Positions 45,093-54,033 of a stretch of DNA of 64,000 nt are shown one piece after another; the first letter of the stretch is position 1; every line of letters starts with the position of its first letter. Location: the NCBI GenBank assembly GCA_964614635.1, contig CAZTLV010000016.1, forward strand, positions 18,547 through 82,546, read 5' to 3'. The notes beneath the pieces are model-generated. The model was given only the letters and a program-made list of their open reading frames with translations. It did not search any database and was not told the DNA's origin. The position numbers and the translations under genes are program-made. The DNA comes from an uncultured Terracidiphilus sp. GTDB taxonomy: Bacteria; Acidobacteriota; Terriglobia; Terriglobales; Acidobacteriaceae.

Positions 45093-45569
45093 ATGAAAAA
45101 CATGAACCGTCGCGATCTGTGTGTCGCTCTCTCCTCCATTGCCGCCGTAGTTGCTGCCCGGCCGGCTGCAGGCCAGGCAACCTCCGCCACAACCACAGGT
45201 CAGAGCGCCTCCAGCGAGAATGTGCTGTCGGTACAGCGCGCCTATTCGTTCGATCAGCTTCCAGTCTCAAAGACCGCAAATGGAGAGTCGCGGTCTGTTT
45301 TGCATGGCGTGCTACCCACCGGCGAGGCTGTCGAGATGCATGAGACAACGCTGCTGCCCGGCCATATGCCGCACCCTCCGCATAAGCACCGGCACTCGGA
45401 GTTCATGTTGATTCGCGAGGGAACGGTCGAGTTCGATAACGATGGAACCTTTCAGCGGCTAGGGCCCGGCGGCGTAATCTTTGCCGCGTCAAACGTGATG
45501 CATGGCCTTAAAAATGTGGGCGAATCCAACGCCAACTATTTCGTCATTGCTGTTGGACGCGAATCGTAG
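45093..45569 (+). CDS. Exported cupin-domain protein (twin-arginine-type signal)
   Basis: The N-terminus is MKNMNRRDLCVALSSIAAVVAARPAAGQA. The cupin core is HPPHKHRHSEFMLIREGTVEF...PGGVIFAASNVMHGLKN. Confidence 0.7.
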   Translation: MKNMNRRDLCVALSSIAAVVAARPAAGQATSATTTGQSASSENVLSVQRAYSFDQLPVSKTANGESRSVLHGVLPTGEAVEMHETTLLPGHMPHPPHKHRHSEFMLIREGTVEFDNDGTFQRLGPGGVIFAASNVMHGLKNVGESNANYFVIAVGRES

Positions 45570-45853
45570 GCCGAACCAGATAGGGGTTGGCATCGCAGTG
45601 CGCTCGGCGTTCCAATTCCGCCCCCGTCCTTGCGGTTGTATCAGCAACCTCGAGCGGCAATTTGTGCGATAACCCTTTCGCCAGCAACAGGACCAATCCC
45701 ATGCGTCTCAGGCGCCCCTGCCAAGCCGCAGAATCGTCGAAACTTATGCTTCAAGTCTACGTCTATAGTGACTGGGTTCGACTCGCGGTACATTGTTGTT
45801 GCATCGGGACCTGCACACCCTATACCCTGACAAAACCCCTTGTCGGAGGGTCT

Positions 45854-48316
45854 ATGCTGCGGTACTTCGGCGCTGTTGCCTTGTTGCTTTGTGTTCTCTT
45901 CGGGTTGCAACTTCCCGGACAGACCAGGCGTGCGCTGCTCATCGGAATTAACACCTATCAACCTGCTGGCACCCAGGCTGAACATCCGGCCGGCTGCATC
46001 TACGGCCGCTGCGAACTGGGCGCTTTTGAGAATCTCGCCGGGTCGGTCAACGATGCTCAGTCGATGGCAGACCTGTTGACCAGCCCAAAATTCGGCTTCC
46101 CGGCCGACAAGGTAGTTCTGCTGACCAACCCCGCGGCGCCTCGTCCAAGGTCCGGAGTCGTCGTTTTGCCCGCCTCCCAAACCACCCGCGACGGAATCCT
46201 TGCCGCGATGCAAAAGTATCTTGTTGACCTGCCCCAGCGGGGCGATACGGTCGTCTTTTATGACGCCAGCCACGGTTCCCTCCGCATCAACAGCAAGGGC
46301 TCAAAGCTCCAGGTCCTGGTAAACGGGAAGCTTCTTCACGCTGACAGCACCCTGGTTCCATCCGATGCGTACAAAGGCGGCTTCGACGTTCGCGACCGCG
46401 AAATGACCCGCATCTTCAACGCCGCACTCGACAAAGGCGTTCACCTGACGGCAATCTTTGACAGTTGCCACAGCGGCGGCGCAACCCGCGGAATCGGCCC
46501 CAAGTATCGCGAGCGCAGCCTGGCGTTCGATCCGCGGGATATTGCTGAATCTGGCGAGGTGCTTCCCAACGGACAGCCAAGTCCCGCGCCAACCGAGCGC
46601 ACCGACAATCCTTTGCTGGTCTTCTCCGCGGCGCAACAGGACCAGACGGCAAAGGAATCTCCGCCATCCGAAACCATGACCGAACCGCACGGCGCCTTTA
46701 CCGCGGCTCTTGTTGAAGCGTTGCAGGTGCTGCCGGCCAATGCGCCGGCTTCCGTGGTGTATCAGCGTGTGAAAGCAGTGCTTGAAGGCAATGGCGTTTC
46801 GGATCAAGAGCCTGATTTGGACGCCTCCCAGGCGCGGCGTCAGCAGCCTCTCTTCGGTGGACAGGCGACAGACAGCGGCAAAGTGCTCGCCGCTGCGCTG
46901 AAGACCGATGAGGATGGCCTTGTATGGCTGGACATTGGCCGCGTTTCCGGCATTGGCCCCGGCAGTGAGTTTACCTCCACGGCTGAAACCGGCGCAGCCA
47001 AGGGCCTGGTCCTGCGGGTCAGCGAACTGCAAGGAATCGCACGCTCAACCGCCAGTGTCGTTAGCCCAACCAAGGCCAAAGTAGCTTCTGGTGATGTTTT
47101 CGAACTCACCAAGCTGGTCCCTGCGGAGTCTGCTCCGCTTCTTTTCTGGCTTTGGCCGTCGAACCTGTCGACAGACGACATCTTGGCGGCCGTCGCTCAG
47201 GTCAAAGAGGCCGGCGTTGAATCGGTTTCGGACCCAGCCGAGGAGCCCTGGACTCACATCCTTAGCTGGGATGGAGCCGCATGGACTCTCCAGAAAGCGG
47301 GGAATCCTTCAAATTCCAGACAGGCCGCGACCCCCTCCGCTATCAACCTCGACAATAAGCCAGACCCACCAGTCCGCATCGGCGCAAAGCTTACGGCAGA
47401 CGCGCTCAAGCAGCATCTGCAACCTGGAGCGAAGCTCTGGGTGAATTTGCCTGCCCCCAGAGAGCTGGCGGCCAAGCTTGCATTACATGACAATGGCAGT
47501 GCGGTGAAGGCTGCCGCCAACCTTGCCGCCGCCAACTATGTGCTGACAGGTGTGCTCACCCCGGATGGACCGGCGTACGGTTGGTTTCATAAGAGCGAGA
47601 TGGATGCCGGCCCGCAAGTTGCACATGTCAACGACCACAGCCCCGGTTGCTCGGCAACCTCGCCTTACCCCGTCCGCACAGATTGGGCGGTCCTCGGCGA
47701 TGCAACTCGCACCTATTTTGTGGGTGACAAGCTCAACGATTACGCGCTCCGCCTGGGGAAGGTCCATGGGTGGATTAACCTGTCAGATAGCGCAACCGGC
47801 GAATCAGCGGCCTCTTTTTACAAGCTGACGATGGTCAGCGCTTCTGACAACGCGACCTTGCCCGATAGCCAGCCAGCAAAGCAAGGTGACAGGATGAAGA
47901 TGGCGTTGCAGGCTGACGGCCCGGTCACTGATCCGCGCTGGGTCTATGTCCTGGACATCGACTGTCACGGAAAAGGCACTCTTCTTTATCCCATCGACTA
48001 TTCTGAAAATCGGTTTCCGAATGCCGGTGAAAATGAAAGCAAGTTCGTGTTGCCGCACTCGCTGACGTTGCGTATTGGCCCGCCATATGGCGTGGACACA
48101 CTTATACTTTTGAGCACTGCACAGCCGCTGCCAGATCCTTCCGCGCTGAACTTTGAGGGGGTTGCCTCGCGGGGGGCGCGTGGTGCAGATTCTCCGCTGC
48201 AAAAGCTGCTGACCAGTGCCAGCAGCGGTTCGCGCGGCTTTGCAGAACCCGTACCAACCGACTGGGGAATTGACCTGACAAGAATTCGCAGCATTCCGAC
48301 TCCGGCGGCACAATAA
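45854..48316 (+). CDS. Exported caspase-family (peptidase C14) protein with a C-terminal DUF4384-like domain
   Basis: The ATG at 45854 follows GGAGGG. The signal peptide is MLRYFGAVALLLCVLFGLQLPGQ. The caspase core is RRALLIGINTY...GSVNDAQSMADLL...VVFYDASHGS (His codon 46271..46273)...LTAIFDSCHSGG (Cys codon 46466..46468). The C-terminal GDRMKMALQADGPVTDPRWVYVLDIDCHGKGTLLYP matches my memory of DUF4384. Confidence 0.85.
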   Translation: MLRYFGAVALLLCVLFGLQLPGQTRRALLIGINTYQPAGTQAEHPAGCIYGRCELGAFENLAGSVNDAQSMADLLTSPKFGFPADKVVLLTNPAAPRPRSGVVVLPASQTTRDGILAAMQKYLVDLPQRGDTVVFYDASHGSLRINSKGSKLQVLVNGKLLHADSTLVPSDAYKGGFDVRDREMTRIFNAALDKGVHLTAIFDSCHSGGATRGIGPKYRERSLAFDPRDIAESGEVLPNGQPSPAPTERTDNPLLVFSAAQQDQTAKESPPSETMTEPHGAFTAALVEALQVLPANAPASVVYQRVKAVLEGNGVSDQEPDLDASQARRQQPLFGGQATDSGKVLAAALKTDEDGLVWLDIGRVSGIGPGSEFTSTAETGAAKGLVLRVSELQGIARSTASVVSPTKAKVASGDVFELTKLVPAESAPLLFWLWPSNLSTDDILAAVAQVKEAGVESVSDPAEEPWTHILSWDGAAWTLQKAGNPSNSRQAATPSAINLDNKPDPPVRIGAKLTADALKQHLQPGAKLWVNLPAPRELAAKLALHDNGSAVKAAANLAAANYVLTGVLTPDGPAYGWFHKSEMDAGPQVAHVNDHSPGCSATSPYPVRTDWAVLGDATRTYFVGDKLNDYALRLGKVHGWINLSDSATGESAASFYKLTMVSASDNATLPDSQPAKQGDRMKMALQADGPVTDPRWVYVLDIDCHGKGTLLYPIDYSENRFPNAGENESKFVLPHSLTLRIGPPYGVDTLILLSTAQPLPDPSALNFEGVASRGARGADSPLQKLLTSASSGSRGFAEPVPTDWGIDLTRIRSIPTPAAQ

Positions 48317-48338
48317 TCTGAGGATCCAAGAGGAGAAG

Positions 48339-49628
48339 ATGAATCAGGAGCGGAGAATGCGAGTCACGGCATTCCTGAGCATAGGAATGCTCGCGGCATT
48401 GACTGCCAGTGCTCAGGATTTTGGCGCGGCGAAGGAGAGGATTCTTCTTCTGCGCAAACTGCCGGCGCTTGTGCACCTGAGTGGCACCACCTTCAAAGTC
48501 AGGGCAACGGCGCACAGCGATCAGACCCAGTTGGCACGGGATCTGCAAACCCAGCTTGAGACGGAATTGATGAAAGAAGATCCGCATCTGCGCGCAGATG
48601 AGCGCGCTCCGTCGGCAGTGATTGTATGCCAGATTACCGCCTATTCCCACCCCCCGCCGACGGTAAGTACCAAGCCGGGATTGGACCTGAAAGTCGGCGT
48701 GGCCATGAACCAGTCCTATAAGAGGGTGACCGGATCGCTCAACGTATCCTTCCAGGCAAAGAGTGCGGGCGGCCAGGTGCTTGGATCTGATAACGTCACC
48801 GCGAAATACGACGAAGAATTTGACGGCTTTGGCAACTCCGCGTCAGGAGGCGTGAAAGGGGCGGTCACCACAACATGGAAGCGCATCAAGGGCGGATCGA
48901 GCAGCGAGTCTCTCAATCCCCCCACCGATGCTGAGCTCCAAGCGCTACTGATGGCCGATGCCGTGCGCCAGATTGCTCAGCACCTGGTGAACACCGAAGA
49001 ATCAGTCGAGGTTTTCCTTGCGCGGCAAAAGGGCGCGCTGGATGCAGGCGACAAGCTGGCGGAGGCCGGATTGTGGCAGCGCGCACAGGAGACTTTTGAA
49101 ACCGCGCCCCCGCTTCAAAAGCTGCAGGATGACGCGTACCGGCTCTACAACATAGGCGTGGCCGACGAGGCGCTGGCCTATCAGGCTGAGGATGAAGCTT
49201 CGGCAATGAAATTTCTCGATGAAGCAGCCATCAACTACGGCAAAGCCATTGATGCAAAACCGGCGGAGAAGTATTTCCTGCAACCGCAGAAGCGCATTGA
49301 GACGGCCATTGAGCACTACAGAAAACTTGAAGACCAGCAAATCCAGAAGGGCGCGCCGGCAACCAGCAAGACTGACAAACTGAATGCGAAATCTGCATCA
49401 GACGCCAGGCCTGCCGCTTCAGCAAAAGCACTCACCAATGCCCAGGTGATCGCAATGGTCAAGTCCGGTGTGGACGACGAAACGGTTGCGCAGACAATCC
49501 GTTCTTCGAAAGCTGTCAATTTTGACCTGAGCACCGCAGGCCAGCAAGGTTTGACCGGTGGTGGTGTCAGCGCACAGGTGCTCACTGCAATGAAGGCGCG
49601 GGCGCGCCAATCTGTGGCGGCAAAATGA
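48339..49628 (+). CDS. Exported protein of unknown function embedded in the caspase operon
   Basis: 429 aa with the signal peptide RMRVTAFLSIGMLAALTASAQ. It has an N-terminal alpha/beta part, a central helical TPR-like part, and a C-terminal motif LTNAQVIAMVKSGVDDETVAQTIRSSKAVNFDLSTAGQQGLTGGGVSAQVLTAMK. An alternative ATG lies at 48357. Confidence 0.7.
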   Translation: MNQERRMRVTAFLSIGMLAALTASAQDFGAAKERILLLRKLPALVHLSGTTFKVRATAHSDQTQLARDLQTQLETELMKEDPHLRADERAPSAVIVCQITAYSHPPPTVSTKPGLDLKVGVAMNQSYKRVTGSLNVSFQAKSAGGQVLGSDNVTAKYDEEFDGFGNSASGGVKGAVTTTWKRIKGGSSSESLNPPTDAELQALLMADAVRQIAQHLVNTEESVEVFLARQKGALDAGDKLAEAGLWQRAQETFETAPPLQKLQDDAYRLYNIGVADEALAYQAEDEASAMKFLDEAAINYGKAIDAKPAEKYFLQPQKRIETAIEHYRKLEDQQIQKGAPATSKTDKLNAKSASDARPAASAKALTNAQVIAMVKSGVDDETVAQTIRSSKAVNFDLSTAGQQGLTGGGVSAQVLTAMKARARQSVAAK

Positions 49629-50893
49629 GAAATTGCCGGCGAAACTTTATCGTCTCCATGGTCCTCGCGGCTGCTGCAGGCGGCGCTTCTGTCCCCGCGT
49701 TGTGCCAGGGTACCCGATGCGGAGCAGGCAAGGATCTTGTTGTCCAGGCGCTGGAGCGGATCAGCCCGCGAGCCGATCGCAGCGCATATGAAGACGCATT
49801 GCAACTGCTCAAGCACGCGGTTTCAGAGTGCGGTGAACTGGGGGATGCCTGGTATTACCGCAGCCTCGTGGAGCAGCACCTTGGCCACGATGCGCTTGCC
49901 AAATACGCGCTGGATAAAGCGCGCTTCAACGGCTCTGAAGCGCTGCAGGAAGGTCTCAATCCACTCGTGCTCGCCACCCCGGGTGGGCGCGGGCTCACGA
50001 CTGAGGGAGAACCGGAAGCTACGCCCGTCAAGCCTCCGCCGCCGCCCGGCCCGGTGCAGCAGAAGTGGGCCTTGGTTATCGGGATCGGCCACTTTAGCGA
50101 CCATGAGATTCCACGCCTCAACTACACCTCAGCGGACGCAAATGCGATCGCGGCCCAATTGATGGATCCGGCCATCGGAAATTTCCCTGCGGCCAACGTT
50201 CAAGTGCTGATTGATGAACAGGCGACCACCAGGAAAATCAAAGAACAGTTGAACATGATCGCCCGTCGCGCACAGCCCAATGACCTGGTGCTGATTTATG
50301 TTGCAACCCACGGCACGCCCAGGACCATGGATACGGCGGGGGGTGCCAACTATCTGGTCACTTACGACACCGAAGTTTACAAGGCCGGCAAATTCGACGA
50401 AGACGCCATGTTTGCCACCGCCTATCCCATGGTCGAGCTGGCGAATGCGGTAGCAACACGTATGAAGGCGTTGCGCACCGCGGTGATTCTGGACACCTGT
50501 TACAGCGGCGGCTCCATGAAAAATGAATCCGCCCAGATGAATTCCGGCACGGCAGACGCGGGTCCGGCAAATATGGCTCCGTCGCAGCAAATGCTGGCCA
50601 GGATGAGCGAAGGCACTGGGCGAATTGTGATGTCGGCCAGTCAGGTGAATGAGGAGTCGCTTGAAAGCGACGAACTGCGCCACGGATACTTCACATACTT
50701 CCTGCTTCAGGCGTTGAAGAGTGACAAGGGCATGGCGCCGCTGAGCCAGGTCTACGCTGAAGTGGCGCAGCAAGTGGCTCATCGTGTTTCCGCCGCGGGC
50801 TTGCACCAGCATCCCGTCATCAGCAAGAGTTCTGACGATGCAGATTTTGCCTTGAGAGCAGCCGACGCGGTGGCCAGGAAAGCTCTGCCATAA
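49625..50893 (+). CDS. Exported caspase-family (peptidase C14) protein with an N-terminal helical/TPR-like region
   Basis: The start overlaps the upstream stop (ATGA at 49625..49628). The signal peptide is NFIVSMVLAAAAGGASVPALCQG. The caspase core is KWALVIGIGHF...LVLIYVATHGT (His codon 50309..50311)...AVILDTCYSGG (Cys codon 50498..50500). Confidence 0.85.
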   Translation: MRNCRRNFIVSMVLAAAAGGASVPALCQGTRCGAGKDLVVQALERISPRADRSAYEDALQLLKHAVSECGELGDAWYYRSLVEQHLGHDALAKYALDKARFNGSEALQEGLNPLVLATPGGRGLTTEGEPEATPVKPPPPPGPVQQKWALVIGIGHFSDHEIPRLNYTSADANAIAAQLMDPAIGNFPAANVQVLIDEQATTRKIKEQLNMIARRAQPNDLVLIYVATHGTPRTMDTAGGANYLVTYDTEVYKAGKFDEDAMFATAYPMVELANAVATRMKALRTAVILDTCYSGGSMKNESAQMNSGTADAGPANMAPSQQMLARMSEGTGRIVMSASQVNEESLESDELRHGYFTYFLLQALKSDKGMAPLSQVYAEVAQQVAHRVSAAGLHQHPVISKSSDDADFALRAADAVARKALP

Positions 50894-50927
50894 TTCGATC
50901 ACGGGTTCGGGCATCGAAAGACGAAAA

Positions 50928-53900
50928 ATGACTCTCGCAAATGTAGTTCGCACCGTTACGTCCTTGAGCATTGGATTGTTGATGGCCGCATCTCTGGCCT
51001 CGGGCCAAAGCGGGTCGCTGAGTGATCAGATCAAAGACCACGAGCAGAAGCTTGCCGAGGCGCGATCCGCAAAGAACTATCGGAATGTAGCGATCGAGCT
51101 GAACACTCTTGGCCCTTTGTACAGGCAGATTGGCCAGCCGCAGAAGGCCCTGGATGTCTATAACCAGGCCCTGCAAATCGAACGCGCCGGAAGCAACCGC
51201 AGTGCTGTGGCGTTGACTCAGAGCGGCATCGCGAAAGTTTATACCGACCTGGGGCAGGAACAAGAAGCGCTGGATATACTGAACCAGGCGCTTGTCACGT
51301 GGCGTGATTTAGGCAACCGCCGCGGCGAGGCGCTGGTACTAAGCGAAATTGGCGAAGCCTACTCCTACCTGGCGCAGGAGGATAAGGCGCTGGATGTTCT
51401 CAATCAGGCATTGGTCATTTTTCGTGCGACGGGCGGCCGGAATGGCGAGGCGAGCACGTTGGACAGTATTGGAAAAGTTTATTCCGATATAAGTCAGGGA
51501 GCGAAGTCGCTTGAGTATCTGAATCAGGCTTTGCCTATCTGGCGAGAAGTAGGAGAGCATCGCGGCGAGGCGCTGACTCTCTGGAATATCGGACGCACGT
51601 ATGCCGATATGGGGCAGAAGCAAAAATCATTCGAGGCCTACAATCAGGCGCTTGTCATCTGGCGCGAAGTGGGCAACCGCCAGGGCGAAGCAAGCACACT
51701 GAACTATCTGGGCCGGGTCTATTCCGACCTGGGTCAGAAACAAACGGCGTTGGATTATTTCAACCAGGCTTTGCCCATCTGGCGTGAAGTTAGAAATCGC
51801 AATGGAGAGGCTCTCGATCTGAACGACATCGGCAGAGCCTATGCTGAGGTGGGTCAAACCCAGAGGGGACTGGACTTCTATAACCAGGCCCTGCCCATCT
51901 GGCGTGAAGTAGGCAACCGCCGCGGCGAAGCGATGACCTTGAGCAATCTTGCCAAGGCAAACCTCGATACGGGCCAATTTGACAAGACGCTCCAAATCAG
52001 CTTGCAATCACTTGCTGTTTGGCGCGAAGTGAAAGAGACCCGGGGGGAAGCCCTCGCATTGAGCCTTGTTGGCGCTGCTTATTCGCAAATGGGGCAGCCG
52101 CAGACAGCCTTTCCGTACTCACTCGCCGCGTTGGAGCTAGTCAAGTCCGCCGGTGATCCTGACATGCAGGGCTCGATCGATACCGCGATGATGATCGGCT
52201 TCCAAAAGCAGCATCGCCCGGAGATAGCAATCTTCTTCGGATTGGATGCGGTCAACAGCTACCAGCAGATCCGCAAAAACATTGTCGGCCTCGACAAGGA
52301 TTTGCAGGCGGGATTCACGCAATCGAGGTCATCGACATATCGGATTCTGGCCGAGCTGCTTGTCCAGACAGGCAGGCTTGGCGAAGCAGAACAGGTTCTT
52401 GACCTCCTCAAGGAACAGGAGCTGAAAGATGTGGTGCGCGGCGCTGCACCTGATGCCGCTGCGAAAGTTGAGCCTCTCAAGCTGAATGCCGCGCAACAAA
52501 AAGCGCAAAGCGAGTTGGACGCACAGCAGCAAAAGGTGATCGCGCTTGAGGAACTAAGCCTTCAATTCGCGGCTCTACAAGCCAAGTCGACGCGCACGGC
52601 GGCAGAAGATGCTCAACTGAAGATGCTGAACGCTAGTCTGACCCAGGGGATTACTGATGTTTTCGCCTATTTCACAGGCACGATATTTCCTCAGCTTGAG
52701 ACCAGACCCGCCGCCTCCAATGACAATGAACTTCAAGGCGCCGATGATTCCCACCAGAGCTACCTGCAGAGCACATTGGCCAAGCTTGGACCGCGCGTCA
52801 TTGGCGTGCGAATTCTAATGGGCCAGGATCATGTCTATGCGATCGTGGTTACTGCCACTACGCGCAAGAAGTTTGAGCTGCAGGCAACCCCGGCAGAGTT
52901 GCGCAGCAAGGTGTTTGAAGTTGTAGAGAACCTCGCAGTGCGCACCTCTGACCCCAAACCGCTTCTGGCCCAGTTATATGCAATGATCGTCGCTCCAGTT
53001 GAAGGCGAGTTGAAGCCTATTGAATCGCCCACAAGCGGGCAAGCCGGCGTTCCAACATTGCTCTGGTCACTGGACGACGCCTTGCGGTACTTGCCCATGG
53101 CCGCGATGTATGACGGCCATCGCTACATGATTGAGCGGTTCAAAAATGTCCTCTTTACTCCTGAGAGCTACGGTCATATGGCGGATTCACCATTGACCAG
53201 CGGGACGAAGCCCAGCGTGCTCGCCATGGGCCTGTCAAAGAGTTACGGCGGCCTGCCGGCATTGCCCGGTGTGATGCCGGAGCTGGATGCGGTGGTTCAT
53301 GATCCCCTGGTTCCCGACTCGCATGGCCCCATGGAGGGAACGCTCCTGCCCAATGACCAGTTCACGTTAGCCGCACTAAGGACGGAGCTCGGCGGCGACA
53401 AGAGCTTTCCAGTCGTCCACATTGCCAGCCATTTCGTTGTGGAAACGGGCAGCGGAGAAGAGCCATTCCTGATGCTTGGCGGAGAGGATAGAGGACAAGA
53501 CAAGGGCTATGAGTGGAACCTCTCTGAGATGGAGCATTCCTCCGTTGCCTTTCACGGAACTCGGCTCCTGACTCTCTCGGCATGCAGCACTGCGAAGGAT
53601 TACAAAACCAGGGACGGCACCGAGATGGACAGCTTGGGAATGATCGCTCAGCAAAAGGATGCTGAAGCAGTGCTGGCCACGCTGTGGGATGTCAACGATG
53701 CCAGTACCAGCCGATTGATGAGCGACTTCTATGTCCGCTGGGTCAAGAATCCTTCAGCTGGCAAAGCCGAAGCACTGCGGCAGGCGCAGTTGGCCCTGCT
53801 TCACGATGCCGGCGCCGCGACGCCAAACAACACAAGGCAGCGTGGACCTCAGCTCGAGCAGGATGAAACCGCAGCCGGTAAAGAATCGAAATACTCTCAC

Positions 53901-53945
53901 CCGTTTTACTGGGCGCCGTTCGTGCTGATCGGCAACTACCAATAA
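50928..53945 (+). CDS. Exported TPR-repeat protein with a C-terminal CHAT (caspase-fold) domain
   Basis: The signal peptide is VTSLSIGLLMAASLASGQ. About nine 40-aa TPR-type repeats follow. The CHAT core is VVHIASHF (His codon 53430..53432)...LLTLSACSTAKD (Cys codon 53583..53585)...ATLWDVNDASTSRLMSDFY...HPFYWAPFVLIGNYQ. Confidence 0.9.
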   Translation: MTLANVVRTVTSLSIGLLMAASLASGQSGSLSDQIKDHEQKLAEARSAKNYRNVAIELNTLGPLYRQIGQPQKALDVYNQALQIERAGSNRSAVALTQSGIAKVYTDLGQEQEALDILNQALVTWRDLGNRRGEALVLSEIGEAYSYLAQEDKALDVLNQALVIFRATGGRNGEASTLDSIGKVYSDISQGAKSLEYLNQALPIWREVGEHRGEALTLWNIGRTYADMGQKQKSFEAYNQALVIWREVGNRQGEASTLNYLGRVYSDLGQKQTALDYFNQALPIWREVRNRNGEALDLNDIGRAYAEVGQTQRGLDFYNQALPIWREVGNRRGEAMTLSNLAKANLDTGQFDKTLQISLQSLAVWREVKETRGEALALSLVGAAYSQMGQPQTAFPYSLAALELVKSAGDPDMQGSIDTAMMIGFQKQHRPEIAIFFGLDAVNSYQQIRKNIVGLDKDLQAGFTQSRSSTYRILAELLVQTGRLGEAEQVLDLLKEQELKDVVRGAAPDAAAKVEPLKLNAAQQKAQSELDAQQQKVIALEELSLQFAALQAKSTRTAAEDAQLKMLNASLTQGITDVFAYFTGTIFPQLETRPAASNDNELQGADDSHQSYLQSTLAKLGPRVIGVRILMGQDHVYAIVVTATTRKKFELQATPAELRSKVFEVVENLAVRTSDPKPLLAQLYAMIVAPVEGELKPIESPTSGQAGVPTLLWSLDDALRYLPMAAMYDGHRYMIERFKNVLFTPESYGHMADSPLTSGTKPSVLAMGLSKSYGGLPALPGVMPELDAVVHDPLVPDSHGPMEGTLLPNDQFTLAALRTELGGDKSFPVVHIASHFVVETGSGEEPFLMLGGEDRGQDKGYEWNLSEMEHSSVAFHGTRLLTLSACSTAKDYKTRDGTEMDSLGMIAQQKDAEAVLATLWDVNDASTSRLMSDFYVRWVKNPSAGKAEALRQAQLALLHDAGAATPNNTRQRGPQLEQDETAAGKESKYSHPFYWAPFVLIGNYQ
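51074..52110 (+). repeat. Intragenic tandem array with an exact 120-bp period (coding TPR units)
   Basis: The motif AAYCAGGC...TGGCG(T/C)GAAGT recurs at 51162, 51282, 51402, 51522, 51642, 51762 and 51882, with a more degenerate unit at 52002. Each unit encodes ..ALDxxNQALxIWREVGNRxGEAxTLxxIGxxYxDLGQxQ.. Confidence 0.85.
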
Positions 53946-54033
53946 GGACGATTCGTGACGAGATCGGTCGCGGGCGAACCTGAATGCCTGGTGTATTCTT
54001 CTCCTGCGCGGGTTCGCTCTCCGCTACGAGGCT

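Noticed and set aside
45587-45853. N-terminal extensions suggested by the ORF track, for example the 909-aa version of the first caspase gene. Others are 25690 for the PP2C gene, 43688 for the kinase, 17054 for the deacetylase, 58418 for the histidine kinase, 59505 for the Sel1 protein and 33730 for the exported protein.
   Set aside because: In each case an internal ATG preceded by a GGAG-type Shine-Dalgarno motif begins a signal peptide or the conserved domain. The extension would also overlap a neighbouring gene or intergenic promoter region.
48339-49628. The possibility that the gene between the caspases is a bacterial gasdermin-type pore former.
   Set aside because: It has a cleavable signal peptide, is about 430 aa long, and has a largely helical C-terminal half. 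The bacterial gasdermins I know of are cytosolic proteins of about 250-300 aa. This cannot be excluded without a structure search.
51074-52110. Regular 120-bp repeats that could be mistaken for a CRISPR-like or satellite array.
   Set aside because: The array lies in a single open reading frame, each unit encodes a 40-aa TPR-type helix pair, and there is no repeat/spacer alternation.
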